From: Oscillospiraceae bacterium
GTDB lineage: Bacteria > Bacillota > Clostridia > Oscillospirales > CAG-272
DNA: 64,000 bases
Direction: 5' to 3'
Assembly: GCA_015064205.1 (NCBI GenBank)
Contig: SVSR01000001.1
Span: 151,382-215,381 of the forward strand
Under the pieces are notes generated by a model. The model worked only from the letters and a program-made list of their open reading frames with translations, searched no databases and was not told the DNA's origin. The translations under genes and the position numbers were made by a program. Numbering within the stretch: position 1 is the stretch's first letter; each line of letters starts with the position of its first letter. Shown one piece after another: positions 9,470 to 20,945 of this stretch.

Positions 9470-10693
9470 ATGAAGAAAACAAAACTCAGAGAATACGCAA
9501 AGCTTATAGCAAGAGTCGGCGGCGGTATTGTACGCGGTGACGATGTTATAATCCGTGCTGAGCTTGACCAGCCTGAATTTGTCGTAATGCTTTGTGAAGA
9601 GTGCTATAAGGCGGGAGCAAAAAAGGTTGAAATAGATTGGATGCATCAGCCGCTTACAAAACTTCACGTGCGACACAGAAGTGTGAAGGTGTTGTCAACC
9701 GTTGAAAAATGGGAGACCGAAAAGCTTGAATACCGTGTTCAGACTCTGCCCGTTATGATTTATCTTTTGAGTGAAGATCCCGACGGACTTCGCGGTATAA
9801 ACAGAGAAAAGCAGGCTAAGGGCGAGCAGGCTAGATACAAAGTCATAAAGCCGTACCGTGACCGTATGGAAAACAGATATAAGTGGTGTATTGCGGCAGT
9901 CCCCGGTAAAAAGTGGGCAAAAAAGGTGTTTCCTGAGCTTACTGTCAGCCGTGCTGTTGAAAAGCTTTGGGAAGCTATACTTTACACATCCCGTGCAGAT
10001 ACAGATCCAACAGAAGCTTGGCGCGAACATAATGCTGACCTTGCAAAGAGATGCGAATATCTTAACTCGAAAAAACTCCGCACACTCGTTTATAAATCGT
10101 CAAACGGTACGGACTTAAGAGTCGGACTTATACCCGAGGCCAAGTTTATGGGCGGTGGTGAATATACGCTGTCGGGCGAATTTTTTAATGCGAATATCCC
10201 CAGCGAGGAAGTGTTTGTAACGCCGAAGCGCGGCGAGGCAGAAGGAATAGTGTATTCAACAAAGCCGCTTTCCTATAAGGGTGAGCTTATAGAGGACTTT
10301 TACGTAAAGTTTGAGGGCGGCAAGGCCGTTGAAGTAAAGGCTGAAAAAAACGAGGAACTTTTAAAGAAGCTTATAGGCATGGACGAGGGAGCGGCGTATC
10401 TCGGCGAGTGCGCACTCGTGCCGTACGATTCACCTATAAGAAACTCGGGCATACTTTTCTATAACACGCTCTTTGATGAAAATGCTGCGTGCCACCTTGC
10501 TTTGGGCGAAGGCTTTTCAAACTGCATTGTTGACTATGACAAGTACACACTTGAAGAATGCAGAAAGCTCGGTGTAAACGACTCCATGATACACGAGGAC
10601 TTCATGATAGGAAGCGAAGATCTCGATATTGTCGGCATTTGCGAAGACGGCAGCGAAATACAAGTATTTAAAAACGGAAACTGGGCGTTTTAA
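9470..10693 (+). CDS. Aminopeptidase, M29 (AmpS/PepS) family
   Basis: ANIPSEEVF, GECALV, FYNTLFDENAACHLALG and SMIHEDFMIG motifs. Confidence 0.92.
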   Translation: MKKTKLREYAKLIARVGGGIVRGDDVIIRAELDQPEFVVMLCEECYKAGAKKVEIDWMHQPLTKLHVRHRSVKVLSTVEKWETEKLEYRVQTLPVMIYLLSEDPDGLRGINREKQAKGEQARYKVIKPYRDRMENRYKWCIAAVPGKKWAKKVFPELTVSRAVEKLWEAILYTSRADTDPTEAWREHNADLAKRCEYLNSKKLRTLVYKSSNGTDLRVGLIPEAKFMGGGEYTLSGEFFNANIPSEEVFVTPKRGEAEGIVYSTKPLSYKGELIEDFYVKFEGGKAVEVKAEKNEELLKKLIGMDEGAAYLGECALVPYDSPIRNSGILFYNTLFDENAACHLALGEGFSNCIVDYDKYTLEECRKLGVNDSMIHEDFMIGSEDLDIVGICEDGSEIQVFKNGNWAF

Positions 10694-10701
10694 TGAAATA
10701 A

Positions 10702-10736
10702 ACCCGGGTCACTGTATGTGACCCGGGATTTTTTTA
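10702..10736. terminator. Terminator between convergent genes
   Basis: CCCGGGTCAC/GTGACCCGGG hairpin followed by T7. Confidence 0.8.
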
Positions 10737-10737
10737 T

Positions 10738-11775
10738 TTATACAAGTTTTCTTATATCTTCAAGCAGAGCGTCAACACTGTCTTCTTTTGTTGCCCAGCT
10801 TGTACAGATTCGCACTGCGCTGTGAGTGTCATCTACACGACACCAGTAGCAGAATGAATATTTCTCTGAAAGCTTTTGCAAAACTTCATCCTTGAATATC
10901 GGGAACTGCTGATTTGTGGGGGAGTCGAAAAGGACGTTTACACCCATGTCTTTGAGCGCATACTTGATTTTCAGCGCAAGGCGCATTGCGTGCTCTGATA
11001 TTTCAAAATAAAGTCCGTCTTCAAAAAGAGTTTCAAACTGTATTCCGAGAAGTCTGCCCTTGGCAAGCATGCCGCCGTGGCGCTTTATCATGTATCTGAA
11101 GTTTTCGCAAAGCTTCTTGTTTGAAAACACCACCGCTTCACCGAAAAGCGCGCCGACCTTAGTACCGCCGATATAAAATACGTCAGATAGTCTTGCAAGG
11201 TCAGGAAGAAAAACGTCATTGTTTTCCGCTTTCAGACCGTAGCCGCAACGTGCGCCGTCGATAAACAGACGAAGCTTGCAATTGTCGCAAGCCTCTCTTA
11301 TCGCTTCAAGCTCACTTTTTGAATATAGTGTTCCGTTTTCGGTAGGCTGTGATATGTATACCAGAGCCGGTTTTACCATATGCTCAAAAGAGGAGTCGTT
11401 TATGTGCGCGCTATATGCATTTTCTATCTGGCTTGCCGTAATCTTGCCGTCTTCGCTTGCAAGCGGCAGTACCTTATGTCCTGTGGCCTCAATTGCACCT
11501 GTTTCGTGCACGTTTATGTGCCCGCTGACGGCAGAAAGCACGCCCTCGTAAGGCCTGAGCAGAGATGCGATAACCGTTGCATTTGTCTGTGTTCCTCCAA
11601 CGAGAAACTGAACGTAAGCGTCAGGCGCTCCGCAAGCTTTTTTTATAAGCTCACGTGCTCTTTCGCAGTGATCGTCCACGCCATACCCTGCAGTCTGTTC
11701 AAAATTAGTTTCAATAAGCTTTTCGAGAATTTTCGGGTGGGCACCCTCGAGATAATCCGATTCAAAACGCAGCAT
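10738..11775 (-). CDS. ltaE: Low-specificity L-threonine aldolase
   Basis: FESDY, GGTQTN, HINVHETGAIE, DGAR and GGTKVG (PLP lysine) motifs. Confidence 0.85.
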   Translation of the reverse strand: MLRFESDYLEGAHPKILEKLIETNFEQTAGYGVDDHCERARELIKKACGAPDAYVQFLVGGTQTNATVIASLLRPYEGVLSAVSGHINVHETGAIEATGHKVLPLASEDGKITASQIENAYSAHINDSSFEHMVKPALVYISQPTENGTLYSKSELEAIREACDNCKLRLFIDGARCGYGLKAENNDVFLPDLARLSDVFYIGGTKVGALFGEAVVFSNKKLCENFRYMIKRHGGMLAKGRLLGIQFETLFEDGLYFEISEHAMRLALKIKYALKDMGVNVLFDSPTNQQFPIFKDEVLQKLSEKYSFCYWCRVDDTHSAVRICTSWATKEDSVDALLEDIRKLV

Positions 11776-11781
11776 ATCCGT

Positions 11782-13416
11782 TTATCCTTTTATCTGTGTT
11801 GCAACAAGACTTTCGCCGCAATAGATCTTTCTGAGCTTCGGCTTTTCTATCTTACCTGTTGGATTACGTGGTATGTCGGCAAAGATTATCTTGTGCGGTC
11901 TCTTGTATCTGGGAAGGGCCTTGCAGAATTCGGCAATCTCTTCTTCTGTTGCGCTCATACCCGGCTTTATCTCTATAATAGCTGCCGCTATTTCGCCGAG
12001 TCTCGGATCGGGAAGACCTATAACCGCAACGTCCTTTATCTTGTCATTTGCTCTAAGGAAGTCTTCGATCTGTACGGGGTAAAGGTTTTCACCGCCGCTT
12101 ATGATAACGTCTTTCTTACGGTCAACAAGATAAATAAATCCGTCTTCGTCACGCATAGCCATGTCACCGGTATAAAGCCAGCCGTTATCAAGTACTTCCT
12201 TTGTTGCCTTTTCATCTTTGTAGTAGCAGGTCATAACGCCTGGGCCGAATACTGCAAGCTCACCAACGTCGCCGTCAGCAACCTCGTTTTTTTTCTCGTC
12301 AACTATCTTGACCTGCCAGCCGTAGCCGGGAACGCCGATAGCGCCGACCTTGTGTGTGTTTTCTATACCGAGATGTACGCAACCCGGTCCGATAGATTCG
12401 CTGAGACCGTAGTTGGTATCATAGTCGTGGTGAGGGAAAATAGCCTTCCAGCGCTTTATAAGGCTCGGGGGAACGGGTTGCGCACCGATATGCATAAGTC
12501 TCCACTGTGAAAGCTGGTACTCGGATACGTTAATCTCACCGCGGTCGATAGCGTCAAGAATATCCTGCGCCCACGGCACTAACAGCCATACGATAGAGCA
12601 CTTTTCCTGCGATACTGTTTCAATTATCGAGTGAGGCTTAACGCCCTTTAAAAGTATTGCCTTACTGCCTGATACGAGACTGCCGAACCAGTGCATTTTT
12701 GCACCTGTATGATAGAGAGGGGGAATACACAAAAATACGTCGTCGTGTGTCTGACCATGATGCTTCTGCTCGGTTATTGCGGCATGCATAAGGCTTTCAT
12801 GATTATGTAAAATAGCCTTGGGGAAACCTGTTGTACCTGATGAGAAGTATATAGCTGCATCGTCTTTGTCTGAAATCTCAACGTTAGGCTTTGCGCTTGA
12901 GAAGTTAGCCGAAAGGTGGAGATAATTTTCAGCAAAGGACGGGCAGGAGTCGCCGACGAAGAAGAGAAGCTTTACGTTCTCGATTCTGTCGCATATCTCC
13001 TCAACACGGCCGATGAATTCGTTGCCGAAAATAAGAGCGTCTGCATCTGCAAGTTCTACGCAGTACTTGATCTCATCAGAAGTGTATCTGTAATTAAGCG
13101 GTACTGCAAGCGCGCCTGATTTGAGTATACCGAAGTATATGGGAAGCCATTCAAGGCTGTTCATTAAAAGTATAGCCACCTTGTCGCCTTTTTTGATACC
13201 GCGGCTCATGAGAAGGTTGGCGCATCTGTTAGCCTTTTCTTCAAAAACGCTCCAGGTTATCTCTCTGCGGTATGACTCTGCGTGGCCTGATTCGATAAGC
13301 TCGTATTCCTTCCAGGTAACGCGTCTTTTTTCCTTAATCTCGGGATTGATTTCAATAAGCGCAGTTTCATTTGGATAGTTGTGCGCATTCTGTTCAAGAT
13401 AATTTGTAATAGGCAT
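11782..13416 (-). CDS. AMP-dependent acyl-CoA synthetase / class I adenylate-forming enzyme
   Basis: YFSSGTTGFPKA, YGLSE, TGD, DRKKDVIISGGEN and PRNPTGKI motifs. Confidence 0.92.
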   Translation of the reverse strand: MPITNYLEQNAHNYPNETALIEINPEIKEKRRVTWKEYELIESGHAESYRREITWSVFEEKANRCANLLMSRGIKKGDKVAILLMNSLEWLPIYFGILKSGALAVPLNYRYTSDEIKYCVELADADALIFGNEFIGRVEEICDRIENVKLLFFVGDSCPSFAENYLHLSANFSSAKPNVEISDKDDAAIYFSSGTTGFPKAILHNHESLMHAAITEQKHHGQTHDDVFLCIPPLYHTGAKMHWFGSLVSGSKAILLKGVKPHSIIETVSQEKCSIVWLLVPWAQDILDAIDRGEINVSEYQLSQWRLMHIGAQPVPPSLIKRWKAIFPHHDYDTNYGLSESIGPGCVHLGIENTHKVGAIGVPGYGWQVKIVDEKKNEVADGDVGELAVFGPGVMTCYYKDEKATKEVLDNGWLYTGDMAMRDEDGFIYLVDRKKDVIISGGENLYPVQIEDFLRANDKIKDVAVIGLPDPRLGEIAAAIIEIKPGMSATEEEIAEFCKALPRYKRPHKIIFADIPRNPTGKIEKPKLRKIYCGESLVATQIKG

Positions 13417-13507
13417 TTTTATAATCCTTACTTAATAAATAATACTTAATAATTATACAACAGTATATAAATGATGTCAACACCAAAAAGCAAAAGGTGA
13501 CAAAAAC

Positions 13508-13981
13508 TTACAAAATATCAAGTTTTTTGCCGTCAAGCACCGCGCTTATAAGACTGTCACCCTCATAGCATAGCTTTAGCGAGAAAAACTTATTTTGTGA
13601 GCCAAGAAGATCTAAAAACACGCGGTCGCCTTCCCACATAGGAAGATTATCAAGCTTGTTTTTGTCTATCCACTCGAGTCTGCCCTCGCTGCACGTGCTG
13701 ATCTCACCGTCAAACTTGTCGGCTGTGAAAAGATGCATATACTCGGTGCCGTATTTGTCGCTTACAAACGTGACAATACCACGGTAATCGTATGATACAA
13801 GAGTTAGACCGGTTTCTTCAAGTACCTCGCGGCAAACGCAGTCCTCGGGACTTTCGCCATCTTCAAATTTTCCGCCGATACCTATCCACTTGCCGGCATT
13901 TTCATCGTTCTTTTTTGCATTTCTGTAAAGCATAAGATATTTGCCGGCATTTTCAATATAGCATAGCGATGAGATTTTCAT
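13508..13981 (-). CDS. NUDIX hydrolase, 8-oxo-dGTP diphosphatase (MutT/MutX-like)
   Basis: Nudix box GGKFEDGESPEDCVCREVLEETGL. ATG at 13981 preferred to the upstream TTG. Confidence 0.85.
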   Translation of the reverse strand: MKISSLCYIENAGKYLMLYRNAKKNDENAGKWIGIGGKFEDGESPEDCVCREVLEETGLTLVSYDYRGIVTFVSDKYGTEYMHLFTADKFDGEISTCSEGRLEWIDKNKLDNLPMWEGDRVFLDLLGSQNKFFSLKLCYEGDSLISAVLDGKKLDIL

Positions 13982-14159
13982 ATGTAAGATCAAGCCTTTC
14001 TGAGATTTATACGTGTTTTATACTCATATTTTAGCATAATCGGGCTAAATTATCAATATCGGGCCAAAAAAGCACTTGATATTTTTGCATTTTTCATGTT
14101 ACAATATAAGTGTTGAATGAGATCTGATTTCATCAAATAGAATAAAAGGAGATGATACT

Positions 14160-14582
14160 TTGTCAAATATAGTATGGCTCATAATTGCCGTAATCTTTGC
14201 TGTTCTGGAAGGCGCGACTGTAGGTCTTGTGTGCATATGGTTTTCAGGCGGCGCGCTTGCGGCATGGATCTGTGCGGCCCTTGGTCTTGGCATATGGTGG
14301 CAGATCGGCGTATTTATAGCTATAACGTCGCTGCTTCTCATCTTTACAAGACCTGTGGTTAAAAAGCTTCTTTCAAAAAATGGAAGCAAAACAAATCTTG
14401 ACCGTATTATCGGCAAAAGCGTTGTTATCAGCGAAAAGGTTGATAATCTTAAACAAACGGGAAGATGCGTTATTAACGGAGTTTCCTGGAGTGTTCGCTC
14501 TGATGACGGAGGAGTCCTTGAAGCAGGAGAAACTGTAACTGTAAAGGATATTGAAGGAGTTCATCTTGTAGTTAAAAAATAA
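14160..14582 (+). CDS. NfeD-like (short) membrane protein
   Basis: Three hydrophobic segments plus C-terminal OB-like G-V-ING-W-A motif. TTG start after AAGGAG. Adjacent to an SPFH gene. Confidence 0.85.
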   Translation: MSNIVWLIIAVIFAVLEGATVGLVCIWFSGGALAAWICAALGLGIWWQIGVFIAITSLLLIFTRPVVKKLLSKNGSKTNLDRIIGKSVVISEKVDNLKQTGRCVINGVSWSVRSDDGGVLEAGETVTVKDIEGVHLVVKK

Positions 14583-14618
14583 ATACATACAGTGCTGACA
14601 AGGCAGAAAGGAAATTTT

Positions 14619-15509
14619 ATGGAAATAATCGCATTATTCGTACTGATTCTTATCGTTGTTGCGGCTAACATCAAGGTTGTTCCGCAGGCACATGCTTTTA
14701 TCGTTGAACGTTTCGGCGCATATAACGCGACCTGGAACGTTGGTATCCATGTAAAGATACCCTTTATAGACAAAATTGCAAGCAAGGTAAATTTAAAGGA
14801 ACACGTTGTTGACTTTGCTCCCCAGCCCGTTATCACAAAGGATAACGTAACTATGCATATCGACACCGTCGTATACTATCAGATAACAGACCCCAAGCTC
14901 TTCTGCTACGGTGTTGAAAGACCTATGATGGCGATCGAAAATCTTACGGCAACAACGCTTCGTAATATCATCGGTGACCTTGAGCTTGACGAAACGCTCA
15001 CTTCCCGTGATACTGTAAACACCAAAATGAGAGCGATACTTGACGAGGCAACAGACCCGTGGGGTATCAAGATAAACCGCGTTGAGCTTAAGAATATCAT
15101 TCCTCCGTCCGAAATACAGGACGCGATGGAAAAGCAGATGAAGGCAGAGCGTGAAAGGCGTGAAGCGATCCTTAAGGCCGAGGGTGAAAAGAAATCTGCT
15201 ATCCTTATTGCCGAGGGTGAAAAGGAAGCGGCAATACTCAGAGCAGACGCTAAAAAAGAAGCGGCTATCAGAGAGGCTGAAGGCCAGGCGCAGGGTATTC
15301 TTGCAGTGCAGACGGCTATCGCCGAAGGTATCAAGCGCATCAACGATTCCGCACCCGGAGAGGGATATCTCACGATAAAAGCTCTTGAAAGCTTTGAAAA
15401 GGCGGCTGACGGCAAGGCAACAAAAATAATAATACCCTCGGAAATTCAGGGTATAGCAGGTCTTGTTTCAAGCTTAAAGGAAGTTTGTGAGGACAAAAAC
15501 ACAAAATAA
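14619..15509 (+). CDS. SPFH/band-7 (QmcA/paraslipin-like) protein
   Basis: IVERFG, VITKDN, WGIKINRVE and QMKAERERR motifs. ATG after AAAGGA. Confidence 0.92.
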   Translation: MEIIALFVLILIVVAANIKVVPQAHAFIVERFGAYNATWNVGIHVKIPFIDKIASKVNLKEHVVDFAPQPVITKDNVTMHIDTVVYYQITDPKLFCYGVERPMMAIENLTATTLRNIIGDLELDETLTSRDTVNTKMRAILDEATDPWGIKINRVELKNIIPPSEIQDAMEKQMKAERERREAILKAEGEKKSAILIAEGEKEAAILRADAKKEAAIREAEGQAQGILAVQTAIAEGIKRINDSAPGEGYLTIKALESFEKAADGKATKIIIPSEIQGIAGLVSSLKEVCEDKNTK

Positions 15510-15697
15510 GCTAAGACTTATGGCGCAGGGTAAAAGCCCTGCGCTGTTTTGTTCATAAATTATATTATTTTCGTTCACAAATTTTCTCTATGAATTATTG
15601 TTCGTATTTGGTAAAATCTATATGTTAGAGTGCCATAATACGTGGTGACGTTTTAAATACCTTCGCAAAGAGCAGAGAAGCTTTTTGCAAAGTAAGG

Positions 15698-17101
15698 ATG
15701 GAATTTATGAAAAGAGATCTTGTAAAAAGTATTTATTCCGGCAGCGCGGCATTTGCCGGCAAAGAGGTAGTGCTAGGCGGTTGGGCAAGAAGCGTGCGCG
15801 ACAGTAAGGCGTTTGGCTTTATCGACCTTTATGACGGAAGCTGCTTCAAGTGCGTTCAGGTAGTTTTTGAAAGAGAAAAAATTGATAATTATGACGAGAT
15901 CGCAAAGCTCAACGTTGGCTCTGCGGTTGTTGTAACGGGTATAGTTGAGCTTACGCCCGAAATGAAGCAGCCCTTTGAAATAAAGGCAACGAAGGTTGAG
16001 ATCGAGGGCGCATCTACGCCCGATTATCCGCTTCAGAAGAAGCGCCATACTGTTGAATATCTTCGTGAGCAGGCATATCTCAGACCAAGAACAAATCTGT
16101 TTTCCGCAGTGTTCAGAGTACGCAGCGAGGTAGCGTACGCTATCCACAGCTTCTTTAATGAACGTGGATTTGTTTACGTTCACACTCCGCTTATCACGGG
16201 CTCAGACTGTGAGGGCGCAGGAGAAATGTTCAGAGTAACAACGCTTGATCTTGAAAATCCTCCGAGAACTGAAGACGGCAAGATAGATTTTTCCAAGGAT
16301 TTCTTCGGTAAGAGCGCAAACCTTACGGTATCAGGTCAGCTTGAGGGCGAAACCTACGCTATGGCGTTTGGTAATATCTACACGTTTGGTCCGACATTCA
16401 GAGCTGAAAACTCGAATACCGCAAGACACGCGGCAGAGTTCTGGATGATAGAGCCCGAGATCGCATTTGCAGACTTAAATGACAATATGCAGCTTGCGTG
16501 GGATATGATAAAGTATATCATAAACCACGTGCTTGAAAAGTGCGCGCAGGAGCTTGAATTCTTCAACAGCTTCGTTGATAAAACACTTCTTGAAAGACTC
16601 AACGCGCTTGCACAGAGCGATTATGAAAAGGTAACGTATACCGATGCAATCGAGCTTCTCAAAAAGAGCGGCGCAGACTTCAAGTATCCTGTTGAATGGG
16701 GATGCGATCTTCAGACAGAGCACGAAAGATACCTCACAGAGCAGATATTCAAAAAGCCTGTGTTTGTTATTGACTATCCGAAGGAGATAAAGTCCTTCTA
16801 TATGCGACTTAACGACGACAACAAGACAGTTGCCGCTATGGACCTGCTCGTACCGGGAGTTGGTGAGATAATCGGCGGAAGCCAGAGAGAAGAGCGCCTT
16901 GAAATACTTCAGGCAAGAATGGCAGAGCTTGGCCTAAGCGAAGAGGACTATTGGTGGTATCTCAATTTACGCAAGTACGGAGGAACAAAGCACGCAGGAT
17001 ACGGCCTCGGCTTTGAGCGTATCATTATGTACCTCACGGGTGTATCCAACATCCGCGACGTAATTCCTTACCCCAGAACAGTAGGGAATGCTGAATATTA
17101 A
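15698..17101 (+). CDS. asnS: Asparagine--tRNA ligase
   Basis: OB-fold N-terminus, [40 protein letters not shown]. The real start may be the ATG at 15707. Confidence 0.96.
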   Translation: MEFMKRDLVKSIYSGSAAFAGKEVVLGGWARSVRDSKAFGFIDLYDGSCFKCVQVVFEREKIDNYDEIAKLNVGSAVVVTGIVELTPEMKQPFEIKATKVEIEGASTPDYPLQKKRHTVEYLREQAYLRPRTNLFSAVFRVRSEVAYAIHSFFNERGFVYVHTPLITGSDCEGAGEMFRVTTLDLENPPRTEDGKIDFSKDFFGKSANLTVSGQLEGETYAMAFGNIYTFGPTFRAENSNTARHAAEFWMIEPEIAFADLNDNMQLAWDMIKYIINHVLEKCAQELEFFNSFVDKTLLERLNALAQSDYEKVTYTDAIELLKKSGADFKYPVEWGCDLQTEHERYLTEQIFKKPVFVIDYPKEIKSFYMRLNDDNKTVAAMDLLVPGVGEIIGGSQREERLEILQARMAELGLSEEDYWWYLNLRKYGGTKHAGYGLGFERIIMYLTGVSNIRDVIPYPRTVGNAEY

Positions 17102-17103
17102 TA

Positions 17104-17137
17104 ATAAAAAAGAAACACCCTCGGGTGTTTCTTTTTT
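17104..17137. terminator. Bidirectional terminator
   Basis: AAAAAAGAAACACCC/GGGTGTTTCTTTTTT between convergent genes. Confidence 0.8.
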
Positions 17138-17138
17138 A

Positions 17139-18290
17139 TTATATAGAACAAGCAATTGCGACTATTCTTTTTGCAGACTCGGCAAGAGATGAGAGCAGGG
17201 AATGTTCATTTATTGAATGAGAACCACTGCCGTCAGTACCCAATGAGTCCATACACGGAATACCGGCGGCAGTTACCTCAGCCGCGTCAGAGCCGCCTCT
17301 TAATGCTTTTCCCTCAAGCGTCTGGATCCCGTTTTCGGCAAAAATCTCGTTAACACGCTTTAAAAGCTGTAAGTTTCTTTCATTTTTCTCCATCGAAAGA
17401 CGGGAGCTTATCATTGTAACCGTGCAGCTTGTTCCTATAACATCTTCACGGTCAGCGAGCTCTTGCACGTAGTTTATTATCCACTGTCTTTGTTCCTGTG
17501 TAGCAAATCTGAAATTAACAGAGAAGGAGCAATCGCACGGAATAGTATTAACGGCGCTTCCGCCTTTGATTATACCGCAACTGCACGTTATTCCATCGTC
17601 GTCCTTTAATTTTTCAAGTTCGATTATCTTGTGTGCCGCTGCTGCAATGGCACTTGCGCCTTCGTTTGCACATCTTGATGCGTGTCCTGCCTTGCCCGTG
17701 ACGTCAAATCTGAAAGACAAGATACCCTTGCGAACAAGCACCGCTCTGCCAGGCTTATATCCCTCAAGGTTGAGGAACGCAACTGCATTTTTTGCTTTTT
17801 CGCATATGTAATTGATGGTGGCTTTGTTACTTTGCATACTGCCGCATTCCTCGTCGGTCTGGAGCAAAAGCATAACCGGACGCTTTGTGAAGCCGCATTC
17901 TTTGAGTGCATGCATTGCAAAAAATCCTGCAACAACTCCGCCCTTGCAATCGTTAACTCCGGGGCCGTATATCTTTTCAGAGTCAAGGTGCACGGCAGGT
18001 GTACCAAACATTCCAACGGGATGAACTGTATCAATGTGGCCTGAAATGCAAAGAGGTGCAAGGCTTGAATCAGGATTCATTGTTATACAAACAACGTCGC
18101 CTGATACCTCTTGCCTGAAAACTTCGACTTTAAAGCCAAGCTTTTCTGCCTTAGCTATAAAATATGCGCCTACTGCGTCAACTCCTTCTTTGAAGTTTGT
18201 AGGGCTTTCAATGTTTCCAACATCTTCCCAAACTTTAATATATGTATCGTTGAGCTTGTCAACAGTTTCAAATACTTCGTTGCAAACCAT
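17139..18290 (-). CDS. M20-family metallopeptidase (glutamate carboxypeptidase-like)
   Basis: GHIDTV, GPGVNDCKGG, DEECGS, GKAGHA, GGSDA and HSINE motifs. Confidence 0.88.
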   Translation of the reverse strand: MVCNEVFETVDKLNDTYIKVWEDVGNIESPTNFKEGVDAVGAYFIAKAEKLGFKVEVFRQEVSGDVVCITMNPDSSLAPLCISGHIDTVHPVGMFGTPAVHLDSEKIYGPGVNDCKGGVVAGFFAMHALKECGFTKRPVMLLLQTDEECGSMQSNKATINYICEKAKNAVAFLNLEGYKPGRAVLVRKGILSFRFDVTGKAGHASRCANEGASAIAAAAHKIIELEKLKDDDGITCSCGIIKGGSAVNTIPCDCSFSVNFRFATQEQRQWIINYVQELADREDVIGTSCTVTMISSRLSMEKNERNLQLLKRVNEIFAENGIQTLEGKALRGGSDAAEVTAAGIPCMDSLGTDGSGSHSINEHSLLSSLAESAKRIVAIACSI

Positions 18291-18301
18291 AATAAATCTC
18301 C

Positions 18302-19423
18302 TTATCTGAAGCTTTCAATAACGTAATTTACAAGTTCTTTGTCGGCAAGCTTCCATAAACGGAAAAACGCAAGTATTCTGCCTGCCATAGTGTGCCTTCC
18401 GGCAACCTTTTTCATTTTATCAAGATCGTATTTGAAAAACCAGTCCCATTTTGTGTAGGAGCCGAATTTTTCTTTTTTCAGAAAGACACGCTTCTTTCTT
18501 TCGTTTAAGCATAAACCCTTTGCAGCAAGCGGCCACAAAAGCGCATACTGAAGTGGCGACAAATTTCTGAATATTGCAGGAGATTCGCCCTCTTGTACAG
18601 TGTTATTTTCACGGTTTATATGAACAGGCAGATTTTCCCACGACATAGTGGTTTCGGTAAACTCAAGCTTTATGAGCATACCTGTATCAGTAAACTTCTG
18701 TATCCTCTGAAAATCGGTATCGAAAATGAAATTGCCGAGAGAGTAGAAAATTATCTTGTCACAGACCTTTTCATAGCCCTGCACAACGTGCGGATGATGC
18801 GAAATAACAGCATCGGCGCCGTATTTTATGTAGTTTCTGTATCTTTTTCTTACAAAAGGCAGAGGCACGTGGGAAAACTCAGCGCCTGCATGGCATATAA
18901 CGATGCACCAGCGGTATTTGGATTTCAGCTCTTCTATCTCTGCCTTGATTCTGTCATCATAATTCCACATAAGGCATCCGGGAGTTTTCTCGTCAGACAC
19001 AGCGTGAGTTGAGTTTGTAACTGAGATTATTGCTATGCCGCCGTCTTTATCTATTATCACAGGCTTTGCCGCCTCGTTTATGTTTTCACCAACACCGATG
19101 GTTTGAACATTGTTTTCACGTGCGATATCAAGAGTGCTTCGCATACCCTCATCGCCGCAGTCCATTATGTGATTGTTGGCAAGATTCCATATGTTGCCGT
19201 TCATTTTTTTTATCGGGTGAACACAGTCCGCAGGATTTGCGTGTATTATCGACTTATCGCTTCTGCCCTCTGCCGTGCTGATTGCGCCTTCTACGTTAAC
19301 GACGGTATAGTCGGCATCAGATAGAAAGTTTTCAACTTTTTTATCAAGCAGATCTTCTTTGAAACAGGAGTCTGAAAAGTGTCTTGTGAAAGCAATGTCT
19401 CCTGTAAAAGCTATTTTTGTCAT
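18302..19423 (-). CDS. CapA-family metallophosphatase-like protein
   Basis: FTGDI, NVEG, LANNHIMD, HAGAE, HHPHVVQ and YSLGNFIFD motifs. ATG at 19423 follows AAGGAG. Confidence 0.88.
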   Translation of the reverse strand: MTKIAFTGDIAFTRHFSDSCFKEDLLDKKVENFLSDADYTVVNVEGAISTAEGRSDKSIIHANPADCVHPIKKMNGNIWNLANNHIMDCGDEGMRSTLDIARENNVQTIGVGENINEAAKPVIIDKDGGIAIISVTNSTHAVSDEKTPGCLMWNYDDRIKAEIEELKSKYRWCIVICHAGAEFSHVPLPFVRKRYRNYIKYGADAVISHHPHVVQGYEKVCDKIIFYSLGNFIFDTDFQRIQKFTDTGMLIKLEFTETTMSWENLPVHINRENNTVQEGESPAIFRNLSPLQYALLWPLAAKGLCLNERKKRVFLKKEKFGSYTKWDWFFKYDLDKMKKVAGRHTMAGRILAFFRLWKLADKELVNYVIESFR

Positions 19424-19564
19424 TGAAACAATAACTCCTTGTTGTGAAAGATGTAACTTATTAACTGTATTATAAAATGAAAATATACGTTTGTAAATAA
19501 CATTTCGATCTAATAAAGCAAAAAAAGCACCATCCGCAAGGATGATGCCATTTTTGTACATAAA

Positions 19565-20923
19565 TTAGTTTTTGAGGCTGTGTATGGGTGCGGGAATACG
19601 TCCGCCTCGTGCGATGAATTTCGCAGGCGAGTAGTTGTTGACCTTGATAACGGGCGCGTGACCTAAAAGTCCACCGTAATCAACAACATCACCAACATTC
19701 ATACCGTATGCCGGTATTACTCTTACCGCAGTTGTTTTGGTATTTGCTACGCCGATAGATATTTCATCAGCGATAATACCGCTTATAACATCCTCGCTTG
19801 TGTCGCCGGGTATTACGATCATGTCAAGACCGACCGAGCATACGGCCGTCATAGCTTCAAGCTTTTCGATTGAAAGCGAGCCGCATGTTACTGCGTCTAT
19901 CATGCCCTGGTCCTCGGATACGGGAATAAATGCGCCCGAAAGTCCGCCAACGCTTGATGAAGCCATAACGCCGCCTTTTTTTACTGCGTCATTTAAAAGT
20001 GCAAGCGCCGCTGTCGTTCCGCAAGCACCGCAGGACTCAAGCCCCATTTCCTCAAGAATATGCGCAACAGAGTCACCGATTGCGGGAGTAGGAGCAAGAG
20101 AGAGGTCGACTATACCAAAGGGCACTCCGAGTCTCTTGGAAGCTTCAAGAGCAACGAGCTGACCCACACGTGTTATCTTGAATGCGGTCTTCTTTATAGT
20201 TTCTGCAAGTGTCTGGAAATCGCAGTTGCCTGCACGCTTGATAGCGCTTGATACAACGCCCGGGCCGGATACTCCAACGCTGAGCACGACATCTCCTTCG
20301 CCAACACCGTGGAAAGCTCCCGCCATAAAGGGGTTGTCCTCAGGTGCATTAGCGAATACCACGAATTTTGCGCAACCGATAGAGCCGTTATCACGCGTGA
20401 GATAAGCGGCACGTTTTACTATCTTTCCCATTCTTGCAACGGCGTCCATGTTAATGCCGGCTTTTGTTGTTGCAACGTTTACAGACGAGCAAACGAGCTT
20501 TGTTTCTGCAAGCGCTTCGGGTATGACAGAGAGAAGAGTGTCGTCAGCCTTGGTCATACCTTTGTGTACAAGTGCACCGAAACCGCCGATGAAGTTTATG
20601 CCGAGAGTATCAGCCGCGCGGTCGAGCGTTTTTGCAACGTTTATAAATCCGTCGGGTGAAAGGTGTCCGCCTATAAGAGAAATAGGCGTTACGGCAACTC
20701 TTTTGTTGATTATCGGAATACCGTATTCCTTTTCAATATTCTCGCCTGTTTTAACGAGGTTGCGTGCGCATGTTGTTATTTTATTATAAATATTCTCGCA
20801 AAGGCGCTTTTCATCGGAATCAGCGCAGTCGAGAAGGGAGATGCCCATCGTTGTCGTTCTGATATCGAGGTTTTCCTCGTGTATCATATTTATAGTTTCA
20901 AGAATATCTGCTGTATTTAACAT
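19565..20923 (-). CDS. UPF0210 / DUF711 (PFL-like) family protein
   Basis: [32 protein letters not shown] and GVSGPGVV motifs. Confidence 0.92.
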   Translation of the reverse strand: MLNTADILETINMIHEENLDIRTTTMGISLLDCADSDEKRLCENIYNKITTCARNLVKTGENIEKEYGIPIINKRVAVTPISLIGGHLSPDGFINVAKTLDRAADTLGINFIGGFGALVHKGMTKADDTLLSVIPEALAETKLVCSSVNVATTKAGINMDAVARMGKIVKRAAYLTRDNGSIGCAKFVVFANAPEDNPFMAGAFHGVGEGDVVLSVGVSGPGVVSSAIKRAGNCDFQTLAETIKKTAFKITRVGQLVALEASKRLGVPFGIVDLSLAPTPAIGDSVAHILEEMGLESCGACGTTAALALLNDAVKKGGVMASSSVGGLSGAFIPVSEDQGMIDAVTCGSLSIEKLEAMTAVCSVGLDMIVIPGDTSEDVISGIIADEISIGVANTKTTAVRVIPAYGMNVGDVVDYGGLLGHAPVIKVNNYSPAKFIARGGRIPAPIHSLKN

Positions 20924-20945
20924 ATATGTATCTCCACTAATATAA

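Noticed and set aside
11380-12510. 376-aa plus-strand ORF
   Set aside because: Antisense shadow of ltaE and the acyl-CoA ligase, with no motifs or RBS.
13429-13452. Direct repeat TACTTAATAA x2 upstream of the acyl-CoA ligase
   Set aside because: Short and AT-rich in a very AT-rich spacer; cannot be told from chance.
15550-15697. T-box riboswitch upstream of asnS
   Set aside because: No T-box core (GGTGGnACCGCG) and the leader is too short. Only one hairpin (GCAAAGAGC/GCTTTTTGC) lies before the RBS.
19424-19561. N-terminal extension of the CapA ORF in the ORF track
   Set aside because: An ATG with AAGGAG RBS at 19423 matches the family start. The extension crosses non-coding spacer.
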